Shown in pieces: positions 1 to 9,166 of a stretch of DNA of 64,000 nucleotides. A program made the position numbers and the translations under genes. Origin of the DNA: a virus (Duplodnaviria > Caudoviricetes); the IMG/VR virus record IMGVR_UViG_3300047160_009226, positions 96,001-160,000 of that record, one strand, 5' to 3'. The notes beneath the pieces were generated by a model that did no database searches, was not told the origin of the DNA, and saw only the letters and a list, made by a program, of their open reading frames with translations. Numbering within the stretch: position 1 is the first letter of the stretch; each line of letters opens with the position of its first letter.

Positions 1-388
1 CAACACGAGCCATCCAAAATCCACCATTCAATGATCGATAAAGCGAATTCGGAGTCTTTGGTAATATTTCATTACTAATATCAGAATATCCAATTCCCAT
101 CTCGGCCGAAATGACCACTGGCTTCCGATATGACAAAAAAGCATTGACTACTGCTTTAGATCCTTTCTGAAAAACCACGTCGTAACAATCACTTACCACG
201 ATCAATTCATCGTCACTCAAGTTATCAAGTTGCTCTCTCACTAAACGAATCTTATGATTCCACCCTTCCCATTTCTGGCCCATCCCCAATACTCGCGGTT
301 CGATACCATGTCTGGCACAACTAGCAAGATACTGTGGAAATCCTCGTACAGAATCCGTTGCTAAAGTGAAAAAAGTCACTTTCTTCAT
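1..388 (-). CDS. PLOD/LH3-like glycosyltransferase, paralog of 409..1782, truncated by the window edge (not in the ORF track)
   Basis: Manual translation from ATG 388 (AGGA upstream) gives MKKVTFFTLATDSVRGFPQYLASCARHGIEPRVLGMGQKWEGWNHKIRLVREQLDNL..LIVVSDCYDVVFQ..KPVVISAEM..YRSLNGGFWMARV. This is colinear with the N-terminus of 409..1782. Confidence 0.85.
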   Translation of the reverse strand, partial: MKKVTFFTLATDSVRGFPQYLASCARHGIEPRVLGMGQKWEGWNHKIRLVREQLDNLSDDELIVVSDCYDVVFQKGSKAVVNAFLSYRKPVVISAEMGIGYSDISNEILPKTPNSLYRSLNGGFWMARV

Positions 389-408
389 GCATCAATTCCT
401 GAGATAAG

Positions 409-1782
409 CTATTGCTTTTTTAAATAGTCCCTCGAATCCAAGCTCGATTTATCAGTGCCATAATGAATAGCCAGCTCATCGAGCGACTTACGATTACTCA
501 TTAGGACCGTCTCCATCTGATCTACTGTTCGTTTCTTAATCATCCAAATCTCATCACTTACCACAGGAGTTATAGAATGATTCTTAGTGAATCCTAACAC
601 ATCTTGTCTAACAGATTGAAAATTAAACTTATTTCCAAAAATCATTGACTTAGGAAACAACCTATAAATCAAATCTAGCTGCTCCAATACATCCTCACTG
701 GAATAATCGACATCCATATAAATCACATCCGGTATGACCTTGTACTCAGCGACCTTATGTAATCCATCTGTAATATTCATTGATAGAGGTACAACTCGAT
801 CTCGCTCGCTCCACAAATTACAACAAAACTTGTCGTATAGATCATCCTCCCAAGAGTCATTACAAATTAACAGAGCATTTGAATGAGCTAGAAAAAACTT
901 TGTAAAACCTAATCCATCCCCAGAACCTAACTCAAGTATAACAGACGCTTCACCGAGTGACTTACGAAAGACCCTTTCATTCTCTGCACCGAAGTAAGCC
1001 CCATTACTCGATTTCATCCCCGGCATAACAGCAGGCCAGGGATGATCTGCAGCTAGCATATAAGCTTGATGGCGACGATAACTCGGCTCATCCGAAGACA
1101 TCTCACTCTGACTGGGAATTTTGAGTGCCTCATAGACGCCGTTCATATTCCACCAATTCGTTCCATGAATCGCACAAGGAATACTACCGGTATGTTTGTT
1201 AAAAATAACTCCTTTGCTATTACATTGAATGTTGTTCTCAGTGTAATGTGTAGTTGTTGACAAGAGATTTTTATAATCAACGATAGCCTTGTCTCGATTT
1301 ATAGAATACCATTGCTGAAACACACCTTGATCGTTCTCATAAGCACTATCGCTCAGTCTATCTCCATATGCCTCATCAATGATCCTCTTAGCGTCATCAA
1401 CATGAGCAACCCAGACTCCAGAATTAAGTGATCGATAACGCGGAATCGGCGTCTCAGGAAGAATTGTATTTTCATAAGGCCATCCAGAATAAGCCTCAGA
1501 AGAAAACACAAAAGGTTTACCATATGACTTGAAATCATGTACCATCTTTCCTGTCCCTGTTTGAAAAACAACGTCGTAAGAATCTGTGAAAATTACAAGA
1601 TCTCTCCCTTCTAAACAGTTCAACTGTTCTCTCACCCGTTGAATCTTTTGACTAAGCCCCACCCATGGTTGCCCCATCCCTAACACTCGTGGCACAATCC
1701 CATTCCGGATACAACTCGTCAAATACTGTGCGAATCCTCTCTCTGGCTTTGTCGCAAACGTAAAAACGACAACCCGCTCCAT
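409..1782 (-). CDS. PLOD/LH3-type glycosyltransferase fused to a class I SAM methyltransferase-like domain
   Basis: The N-half has VLGMGQPW, FTDSYDVVF (DxD), FVFSSE, LNSG and ENDQ motifs matching the PLOD GT domain. The C-half has VILELGSGDG and PDVIYMD, resembling Methyltransf_24. Confidence 0.75.
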   Translation of the reverse strand: MERVVVFTFATKPERGFAQYLTSCIRNGIVPRVLGMGQPWVGLSQKIQRVREQLNCLEGRDLVIFTDSYDVVFQTGTGKMVHDFKSYGKPFVFSSEAYSGWPYENTILPETPIPRYRSLNSGVWVAHVDDAKRIIDEAYGDRLSDSAYENDQGVFQQWYSINRDKAIVDYKNLLSTTTHYTENNIQCNSKGVIFNKHTGSIPCAIHGTNWWNMNGVYEALKIPSQSEMSSDEPSYRRHQAYMLAADHPWPAVMPGMKSSNGAYFGAENERVFRKSLGEASVILELGSGDGLGFTKFFLAHSNALLICNDSWEDDLYDKFCCNLWSERDRVVPLSMNITDGLHKVAEYKVIPDVIYMDVDYSSEDVLEQLDLIYRLFPKSMIFGNKFNFQSVRQDVLGFTKNHSITPVVSDEIWMIKKRTVDQMETVLMSNRKSLDELAIHYGTDKSSLDSRDYLKKQ

Positions 1783-1785
1783 ACC

Positions 1786-2229
1786 TTAGTTCCTGAGGTA
1801 TGACATCGCCAATTGCCACACTCTCTCGAATCCTAGTCGGTTATCGTTATCAGAGACATCTTGCCACTCTCCTATAGTGCTTCCGTGAATTTGTGCTAGC
1901 CAAGTTCTCTCCTCATCATCAGAATAAAGAGTTCCAATTAAAACCCGTACAGCTTTCTCTTTTTCCTCCATCACGTAGAAGCCCTCGTAGCCGACAAATA
2001 ACTCAGAAAGTTTGAACCGTCGAATCAAATCGGCTATAGAGGAAAGTAGACTTGCATGAAGTTTCTCGACGTCCTCCTCTTCGAATAATGGTCGCATCAC
2101 CTGGATGATCCCGTCTTTTTCAAAAACAACCATCGGAGTTTTCACAGTCCCATGGATTTCAAACAACTTCTCCAAGGATAACTTGCCTATTTCATCAAAA
2201 TAAACTTCACCCACTCTTGTCCTCATCAA
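1786..2229 (-). CDS. hypothetical protein
   Basis: 147-aa ORF abutting its neighbours; no recognised motif. Confidence 0.7.
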   Translation of the reverse strand: MMRTRVGEVYFDEIGKLSLEKLFEIHGTVKTPMVVFEKDGIIQVMRPLFEEEDVEKLHASLLSSIADLIRRFKLSELFVGYEGFYVMEEKEKAVRVLIGTLYSDDEERTWLAQIHGSTIGEWQDVSDNDNRLGFERVWQLAMSYLRN

Positions 2230-2500
2230 AAAAGATTGTCACCGTAGAAAGGGACATATGGAGGTTCATCCAATCGGTTAGCTCATCCACTACATCCTGT
2301 GGGCATTCTGGTGACTTGTAAATTGTTACTCGATCCCATTCTCCCTTTATCAAGAAAGACTTGAGGTGCTTCTGACCCTTGAATTCCTTAACTGTCGCAC
2401 CTTCATGTACGACAGGTCGTTGCTCCCCGATATAAATATCGAGACTATGAACCTCTGGTTCCTGCTCTTCCACGTCGCTCGCAAAAAACATCAATGGCAT
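2207..2500 (-). CDS. hypothetical protein
   Basis: 97-aa ORF downstream of the promoter motif at 2561..2588. Confidence 0.65.
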   Translation of the reverse strand: MPLMFFASDVEEQEPEVHSLDIYIGEQRPVVHEGATVKEFKGQKHLKSFLIKGEWDRVTIYKSPECPQDVVDELTDWMNLHMSLSTVTIFFDEDKSG

Positions 2501-2560
2501 GGTACCCTTCTCATTCTTGATCTAACGCTCCACAATCAAAAAAGGAACTCTCCCCTTTTG

Positions 2561-2588
2561 ACTATACTCTAACCCTAGGGCCATTTTC
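2561..2588 (-). promoter_or_regulatory. putative promoter GAAAAT-N16-TATAGT
   Basis: Minus strand reads gaGAAAATggccctagggttagagTATAGT; it recurs upstream of other genes. Confidence 0.55.
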
Positions 2589-3614
2589 TCCAAAATCCCT
2601 CAGCAAAGTCTCACCGGGATCCAAAAACGGGGCCAACTCCTTCCCAAATAGAGCCTGGAAAGCAAACTCCCGACGCTTCTTCAAAGCCTTGTTGAACTGA
2701 TATGCAGACTCCACCTGTTTGAGTTGAGCCAACTCATCATCAGTAAAGCGATATCTCTTCTCAGTACCATCACTGTACTCAACCAGAGCACCCCAGGTCT
2801 GATCATGAATCCGAGCCACTTGCTCGTGGGCTACTTGGTTCACATTCTTGAACTTCCCAGGGGTTGTCACCAGATGATATGTGTCGTTGATCAGGAGAAC
2901 AGACCCAGAAACCACCTTAGTCCACCGCGGCTTCTTGGCCGGCAAAGGAGGAGTATACCCCACACTCTCCCAAATCTCCTCGATCGATACGGAGCCAGAC
3001 GCAATACCAGGACGCAACATGGAGTCAAAGAACCGCATGGGATACTGGCCGAATGGCTCACCAAACTTGCTGTAGTTCGTGATGATCTGAAGCGATGCAC
3101 TGAACAAAGTGCCGTCCTCAAATGACAAATACAGGTTTCCTTCCCAGTGGCCAGTGGCCCTCTCAAACCCACTGAAACGATCCGTGGCTTTCGAGACCTT
3201 GAAATCATCCTTGCGCTCGACAACCGGACCCAACTTACTCAATGTCCGATTGATAAAAGCCGTAAGGACGTTGTCGGCATTACGCTCGGCGATCTTCTGA
3301 ATGATCTCAGTTGCCTGCTCGTGTCGGTGATATGAAAAGGCCGGGCGGTCTTTCCAAATATATTGAATTCGAACACCGTTCGAGTCCATTACCAGTGACT
3401 CTCGCACGCCTTGAGGCGTACCAAAAGAAGAGTTCCGATAGAACTCCTCCAGAGTCTGATTCGGCTGACGTTTTGCCAGAAAGTGAGCAATCTGATGTTC
3501 AATTCGCCCTGAAAAGAGCGTCACAAACGATCGGCGCTCAGGCTCAATCAGAGCCCGAATCTCGGTCTCAAGCTTCTCGACATTGGCTTTGTTCAGTGTT
3601 GTCGTCTGCATCAC
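2562..3614 (-). CDS. hypothetical protein (350 aa)
   Basis: Long ORF with strong SD (AGGAGG) and an upstream promoter motif; visibly GC-richer than the flanks. Confidence 0.8.
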   Translation of the reverse strand: MMQTTTLNKANVEKLETEIRALIEPERRSFVTLFSGRIEHQIAHFLAKRQPNQTLEEFYRNSSFGTPQGVRESLVMDSNGVRIQYIWKDRPAFSYHRHEQATEIIQKIAERNADNVLTAFINRTLSKLGPVVERKDDFKVSKATDRFSGFERATGHWEGNLYLSFEDGTLFSASLQIITNYSKFGEPFGQYPMRFFDSMLRPGIASGSVSIEEIWESVGYTPPLPAKKPRWTKVVSGSVLLINDTYHLVTTPGKFKNVNQVAHEQVARIHDQTWGALVEYSDGTEKRYRFTDDELAQLKQVESAYQFNKALKKRREFAFQALFGKELAPFLDPGETLLRDFGENGPRVRV

Positions 3615-3632
3615 AAACTTAACCTCCTACTT

Positions 3633-3659
3633 ACTATACTATGTCGTCCTCGATTTTTC
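3633..3659 (-). promoter_or_regulatory. putative promoter GAAAAA-N15-TATAGT
   Basis: Minus strand reads gaGAAAAAtcgaggacgacatagTATAGTaagtAGGAGG. Confidence 0.65.
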
Positions 3660-3687
3660 TCAATGTTTCTCAATTTTCTGGTTAAAA

Positions 3688-3981
3688 TCAGACCGTCGCC
3701 TTCACGATAGCGTCGATCGCTCCGTTCTTGCCGCCCATGTTCATGTCATCGGTAGGCACCAAGCCGTTCCGTGGCTCATAGAAAGCACCGAGGAATCGAG
3801 CCGTTAAACCATGTCCCACCCATGCCTTCCAGGGATGGTAATCGGACTTGGTATTCTTATACTTCTCCAGCATGCCGAGGATCGTCTCTCCACGCTTGAC
3901 CAACAACAGCCTTCTCCGCCTCATACTTGGATTGTGCTCAACCAGTGTCAACCCTTTGTGAATCTTCTGCGTCTTCATCAA
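3688..3981 (-). CDS. hypothetical protein
   Basis: 97-aa ORF with AGGAGG SD and an upstream promoter motif. Confidence 0.75.
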   Translation of the reverse strand: MMKTQKIHKGLTLVEHNPSMRRRRLLLVKRGETILGMLEKYKNTKSDYHPWKAWVGHGLTARFLGAFYEPRNGLVPTDDMNMGGKNGAIDAIVKATV

Positions 3982-3997
3982 TTTGTCCTCCTAACTT

Positions 3998-4025
3998 ACT
4001 ATACTCTAAGAGTTTCAGATTTTTC
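3998..4025 (-). promoter_or_regulatory. putative promoter GAAAAA-N16-TATAGT
   Basis: Minus strand reads gaGAAAAAtctgaaactcttagagTATAGTaagttAGGAGG. Confidence 0.65.
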
Positions 4026-4060
4026 TCCTGTTTTTTAAGAATCATACGATAATAATACAT

Positions 4061-5149
4061 TCAATCCCCTTCTGAATAAACCAGATCCATAGATTTTACA
4101 GGAGCACTCGGTACCGTAACCTGATAATATTTCACAGTCCCTTCCAGAGTTTGCGTTATATACCTAGAATCTATCCTAACTCTCCAAATATCTCTCATTC
4201 CACCGGAGCCTGCCAAGTCAGACGCTAGTCCCAGTGCATGGTCAAAACTGTTCGTTAGAAAAATATTCACAGGAAGAGTTTGAGCATTCTGGTATGTCTC
4301 TCGATCTGCGGCAGGACGAGCTGTGTAAAGAGTGAGTAACTTAGTTTTCTGAGTACTCCCAGGATTCTTTATCTCATTCACCAAACTGAAATAATCACCT
4401 TGTGACTCCAGATCCGTAAAGAAATCCTCGTCTCCAGCATCTAAAACATCATCTACCTCTGGATTTCCCTCTTCTCTCATAAATAGAGAAAATCCAGGTG
4501 GATAACTTGCTCCTGTTTTCAACTCAACTGTCGCATTCTCAGCTGGCTCGAAATTATACCGATCTCGAAGCATATCCGAGTGATTCGGCTCAGCCACGAT
4601 CACTACAGGATATCCATGCCAAGTTGGAATTCGTGAGATGGCAGCTCGAATCAGTTCTTCGATCTTATCCATGTTCTGAGATGTTTGATTCATGATTTCA
4701 TGGAACTTAGCCTCGGCGGTTTCTGGCAAGTATCTTTGAGAAAGATCCATAATGCTTTCTTGGAAGTCCATCAGTGTAGTTACTGACTCACGTACAGCCA
4801 TATAACGATCCCGACTCTCTTCCCCATGCATAAGCCAATCCCAAAGTTTCTGAATCTCACCTCCTAATGCTTGTGGATTTTTAGCTTCAATCCATTTTAT
4901 AATGAAAGGAAGACGTGAATAACCCCGTAGTTCCTGTTTGATTTTCTCAAGCATTTCCAATGATAACTTAAAATTTAAAGCCTTCTCTTTCTTTTCCACC
5001 ATCCAGTCCTTGAGCGACTCCGCTTCTACTTGCATGGCCTTCTGATAACTTTCCAAAGAAACGAAAATTTCCGGAGATCCCGCTCCGGTAATATCTGCGG
5101 CGAGAACTCTCCGGAAATCCTGAGACAATATGATCATACTAATGCTCAC
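4061..5149 (-). CDS. hypothetical protein; helical N-terminus and a possible ADP-ribosyltransferase-like C-terminal domain
   Basis: 362-aa ORF. The C-terminal LTLYTAR...IFLTNSFDHALGLA...IWRVRI spacing is reminiscent of ART folds; weak evidence. Confidence 0.6.
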   Translation of the reverse strand: MSISMIILSQDFRRVLAADITGAGSPEIFVSLESYQKAMQVEAESLKDWMVEKKEKALNFKLSLEMLEKIKQELRGYSRLPFIIKWIEAKNPQALGGEIQKLWDWLMHGEESRDRYMAVRESVTTLMDFQESIMDLSQRYLPETAEAKFHEIMNQTSQNMDKIEELIRAAISRIPTWHGYPVVIVAEPNHSDMLRDRYNFEPAENATVELKTGASYPPGFSLFMREEGNPEVDDVLDAGDEDFFTDLESQGDYFSLVNEIKNPGSTQKTKLLTLYTARPAADRETYQNAQTLPVNIFLTNSFDHALGLASDLAGSGGMRDIWRVRIDSRYITQTLEGTVKYYQVTVPSAPVKSMDLVYSEGD

Positions 5150-6063
5150 GAAAATAAAGCATTAATTGATTTTCTCCCATTGATCCTAACCAAGTTTTCA
5201 GGATCCTTCAAGCCCAAATCCAAAGGATCTGGAGATGCCTGAAGAGTGCGAGGTGTCCTGGATGCACCCCTCATTGTGTTTTCAAAATGTTCATTCAACG
5301 TCTCGGCTGTTTCTTGAATTTCGTACCATGGTAATGCCTGTCTCAGCGTCGCAGTCTGCTGTTCCTGCTCCATGTTGTCCCATTCTTCCCTCTGAGCATC
5401 CGAAAGATACTGAGGAAGAACGCTCCGGATTAGATCTCTAATGTCGGGAGTTTCATAATTACTGTCGTCCCAATCCAGCATCATGGCGAAATCGTCACCG
5501 TTTGACTCATAAATATCCCTGATCGCATTTATCAGACCAGTACGCTTAGCTGACTCTCGTGCCACCCTCCCTTTCGACTTAGGAGCCCCCGGATTGACCA
5601 GGGACGTGGTCCCCACCACCTCAGCCTCTTTCCCCCCGAGCCTCTTGGACACCCCCGTATGCCCCGCCCCATCCCGATCATAGATCGTAACCACATCGGC
5701 AGAACCTTGCTGAGCTAATGCTCCTGCTACCTTCTTCGCAATATGTGAATCTAGGTCAGTACTGATTTCTACCGCAGTAACTTTCCCTGGCAATCGGATA
5801 GTGCGTGACGCCTTTACCGGCATCCTAGCCGATCGTAGCCGGCCTACCATCGCATCAGAAACATCCCAGTCCTGTTTCCCCAGCCCCAAACGCAGGAAAT
5901 CCTGAACCGTTGCCGTAATGCGTATCCCTTCACGATTACCGCCGATTTTCACTCGATCATTGCCTTTCGACCTGGCTTGTACCGTCTTGGCTAGTCCGGT
6001 AAATTCCCACGGTAGAAAGACAGCGAGAATGGGTCTGTTATGCATGATTTCTCTCCTGATCAA
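5146..6063 (-). CDS. hypothetical protein, possibly virion-internal
   Basis: 305-aa ORF with basic Arg/Ser/Ala linkers (KASRT, RVARESAKR, GASRT) between acidic domains. Confidence 0.7.
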   Translation of the reverse strand: MIRREIMHNRPILAVFLPWEFTGLAKTVQARSKGNDRVKIGGNREGIRITATVQDFLRLGLGKQDWDVSDAMVGRLRSARMPVKASRTIRLPGKVTAVEISTDLDSHIAKKVAGALAQQGSADVVTIYDRDGAGHTGVSKRLGGKEAEVVGTTSLVNPGAPKSKGRVARESAKRTGLINAIRDIYESNGDDFAMMLDWDDSNYETPDIRDLIRSVLPQYLSDAQREEWDNMEQEQQTATLRQALPWYEIQETAETLNEHFENTMRGASRTPRTLQASPDPLDLGLKDPENLVRINGRKSINALFS

Positions 6064-7256
6064 AGGCTCAACACATTAACCGTTTTAATCTCTGTCGATT
6101 TACCTTCCTCCTGAGTCTTATATCTAAGCGGATCGCCGATCGGATCAAGTGTTCTAATCCTAAGCATGATATCTTTATCTGATCTCTGATAATATTCCCG
6201 AAGTATACTATTATTAATGTAGTTATTCTGATGTACCTTTTGTGCCGGTTTATGATAGTGATGCAATAAAGTGATTCCAGTCACAGGACTCGTTCGATTC
6301 ACGCGTCCAAGCTTAGTTGCCTTCGCATAAAACGCATTATCTTCCCCACCCCATCCAAAGAACCGCTCGTCCATTCCTCCAATTCTTAGATAAAAATTCT
6401 TTTTAACTAAAAGGGATCCACCAACTGCTTGATTGGTAGTCAACGTTGAAGTCGCTTTAAGGTGACAATCAGGATACTTCTTACTTGATTCCTCATCAAG
6501 ATAAAGTATTTTTGCCCACGGTAACGCTATATCCTTTGTTCCCAATACCTTTATAGATTCTTTTACATAGTGTTTAGGCGTCAATAAATCACAGTCATGA
6601 AACAATATCAAATCATCTGGTGCAATCATAGCCCCACAATTAAATGCCCAACTCTTATTAAACATAAGACTTGAGTAAATAAACAAGTAACTGTCTACCA
6701 GTGGTTCTAACTCACACTGATGTACAGGGATTTTATCCTGTTCGACAATTATAATATAACAATCTATCGTTTGATCTCGAAGACACTTAATGCATTTTTT
6801 CAACCCATCCAATCGATTATCTTCCCGCCCTCTAAAAGCCATTACTACAGAAACTCTGTCATATATAGGAAGTATTTCGGGCTCCTTTTTCTTCTCTGCT
6901 AACTCTAACGGCGGCCCTATTTCCTTAACTTTCGACTCTCTTGACTTCACCACTAACTTAGTTAGTGATTTTTTTTCTTTCACTTTTCCTGCTTCTTCAA
7001 CCACCTTCTGAATAACAACAGGTTCTTTTTCATGGATTTCTGGTTCATGCTCAATGACTAATGACTGCCTCTCCTGAGATCCATCATTTGATTTAATCCT
7101 TTTTGGTAATGTTCTTCTGTAGAAAACAGGTACAGGAACTGAAGATCGATCAACCCTCAAAAAAGGAGCCCATGCCAAATCATCATCTAACAAGTAGACT
7201 TGAGTCGATCGCTCCCGACGAGGAGAAGGAAAATGATATGCTTGCCTTCGCGTCAT
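6060..7256 (-). CDS. GT2/GT7-type glycosyltransferase (galactosyltransferase C-terminal-like) with a Lys/Glu-rich N-terminal extension
   Basis: IIIVEQD, FNKSWAFNCG, FHDCDLL (DxD) and GGMDERFFGWGGEDNAF motifs. Confidence 0.85.
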   Translation of the reverse strand: MTRRQAYHFPSPRRERSTQVYLLDDDLAWAPFLRVDRSSVPVPVFYRRTLPKRIKSNDGSQERQSLVIEHEPEIHEKEPVVIQKVVEEAGKVKEKKSLTKLVVKSRESKVKEIGPPLELAEKKKEPEILPIYDRVSVVMAFRGREDNRLDGLKKCIKCLRDQTIDCYIIIVEQDKIPVHQCELEPLVDSYLFIYSSLMFNKSWAFNCGAMIAPDDLILFHDCDLLTPKHYVKESIKVLGTKDIALPWAKILYLDEESSKKYPDCHLKATSTLTTNQAVGGSLLVKKNFYLRIGGMDERFFGWGGEDNAFYAKATKLGRVNRTSPVTGITLLHHYHKPAQKVHQNNYINNSILREYYQRSDKDIMLRIRTLDPIGDPLRYKTQEEGKSTEIKTVNVLSL

Positions 7257-8245
7257 TTAGGCATCATAGTAAGGATAAATCTAACCCGCTCCTGCCACCC
7301 TTCGCTCTTGCCTCTTCGAATATCCTGATAAACTTCATTGAGACCTTCCATAATTGTTCGAATCAACACAGGAGAGTATTTCTTTTTAGCGATTTTATAA
7401 TCTTCTAATTGATAGCGATTCAACTTAATTTCTGTAGACACTAATGATTCACTCTCCTCTTCTTCCTCCTCATCATCAATATCTGGCTCCTCTTTATGAT
7501 CGTCATCTTCACCTGTCTGATTAATCCAACAGTATATCTTCTTGAAGATTCCATACCAATTGCTAAGCAATAAAATCGGCTCCAGTTGTTCCATCTCTTC
7601 CAGCAAAATAATAATATTACCGTAAGCAATCGCTCTTAAGGTGCTCCGAAGATCATCTCGCTCACCAGCCGCATAAGTGATCTCTTGCTCTGTGATCTTG
7701 CATGACTTAGAAAGAATGCTTAATGTCAGTACAGCGGATTCTACTTCTTCTGAAGACTTAACTCGAACAGATAGCTCCTTAATCATCTCCTGATCTAAAT
7801 GACATCCATTCGTTTTTAATCTCAGATCAACTAACTTAGCACGCTCCTTCACTCTTTTAGGAAATTTGCACTCCACAAACTGAAAGACAGGTCGAGCTAA
7901 CATCCCTTCCCAAGATGGCTCTTCTCCCTGAAAATTAACCGTCATGTAATTCTTACTGGCTGATATTTTAGCCAGGAACGGTTTCCAAAGCTTGTTATTC
8001 TTAAGCTTGCCATTAACTCGAACATCTATGAACCTGGCTCCCATCAAAGAGCCTTCTTCCCAAAGAGCCACAATCGACCTGACATCCTTCACCTCAAACT
8101 GTTCTCGAACATCCCATAAACCAGTCAGTCTCCCCATCTGCTCAACAATAATATCCTTCAGAACCTGATCATCACCAGTAATGAGGGTGAGTTTAGCATT
8201 CTTCTTAGTATCAGTGGAACGTTCAAAAAATTCACGAAATCTCAC
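7253..8245 (-). CDS. holA: DNA polymerase III delta subunit (HolA)-like
   Basis: TLITGDDQVLKDII N-terminus, SLMGARFIDV, a lid/collar-like C-half, size ~330 aa, and adjacency to a HolB-like gene. Confidence 0.55.
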   Translation of the reverse strand: MRFREFFERSTDTKKNAKLTLITGDDQVLKDIIVEQMGRLTGLWDVREQFEVKDVRSIVALWEEGSLMGARFIDVRVNGKLKNNKLWKPFLAKISASKNYMTVNFQGEEPSWEGMLARPVFQFVECKFPKRVKERAKLVDLRLKTNGCHLDQEMIKELSVRVKSSEEVESAVLTLSILSKSCKITEQEITYAAGERDDLRSTLRAIAYGNIIILLEEMEQLEPILLLSNWYGIFKKIYCWINQTGEDDDHKEEPDIDDEEEEEESESLVSTEIKLNRYQLEDYKIAKKKYSPVLIRTIMEGLNEVYQDIRRGKSEGWQERVRFILTMMPK

Positions 8246-8247
8246 AA

Positions 8248-9123
8248 CTAGCCTCTGGTTAGAATAACTTTTGAAATAGCATAAGTCTTAAAAAGTAACG
8301 TAGAAGACAACATTTTATTCATAAAACCACTTTGTGTGGTATTTCTCGCCTCCATTCCTACCAATCCTACTTCTACCCAGAACCGATTTCGATTTAATAC
8401 AGATGCAATCATTTGAATCAGCAAATCCCAGCAGGCAATCTGAGTCGATTCAGATGCTTCCTCCAATCGTGCAGTCCAAATCGCTAGAAAACTTTTTTTA
8501 AAATCTGATCCGATCAATACCGCTGACCAATCTCTATGCCATTCTTGAATCACGAATAGATTAAGATTCTCAGCGACATTCAAGTCTCCACCACACGCTT
8601 TAATTCTTAAATCATTCTCTTCTTTTCCCAGTCTGTTTAACCACCACTTAACTTCACTTTCGTCAGATGGACGAATCTTAAGTTGTAGTGACCTCGACAA
8701 AATAGTTGGTAATACCCTTCTCTCATTAGAAGTAGTAACGATCATTGAAAAATGATCTGGAGGTTCTTCGATAAGCTTAAGTAGAATTGGCATAACCACA
8801 TAATGTGGTCTGTGGATATAAGAAATGATTATAAACCGTCGATCCCAAATCGCAGGACAAGATGTTGCAAACTGTCTTAGATTACGTGCATCTTCAGCAG
8901 TTAGCTCTCTACCATCATATAGAATGAGATCTGGATGGATTCCCTGCCAAACCATCTCCTCAGCTTCTTGTCTTTCCTTGTCTACCGTATATTCCTCCAG
9001 AATCGCCTCGACAGTCCGGACAACTCCTGTCTGCTCAGTTCCACTCAGCAAAAGAACAGGATGTGAAGAAAGGCACTTCCTGATGTGTTCCTTTTCTAAG
9101 TTCTTAAAATATCTAAAATTCAT
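8248..9123 (-). CDS. holB: DNA polymerase III delta-prime (HolB)-like clamp loader subunit
   Basis: LLLSG (degenerate Walker A), HPDL, LLKLIEEPP, IVTTSNERRVLPTILSRS (SRC-like), ACGGDL. Confidence 0.85.
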   Translation of the reverse strand: MNFRYFKNLEKEHIRKCLSSHPVLLLSGTEQTGVVRTVEAILEEYTVDKERQEAEEMVWQGIHPDLILYDGRELTAEDARNLRQFATSCPAIWDRRFIIISYIHRPHYVVMPILLKLIEEPPDHFSMIVTTSNERRVLPTILSRSLQLKIRPSDESEVKWWLNRLGKEENDLRIKACGGDLNVAENLNLFVIQEWHRDWSAVLIGSDFKKSFLAIWTARLEEASESTQIACWDLLIQMIASVLNRNRFWVEVGLVGMEARNTTQSGFMNKMLSSTLLFKTYAISKVILTRG

Positions 9124-9166
9124 ATTAAACCTTTTTGCTTTAATAAAACTTCAATCTATCTAGAAA

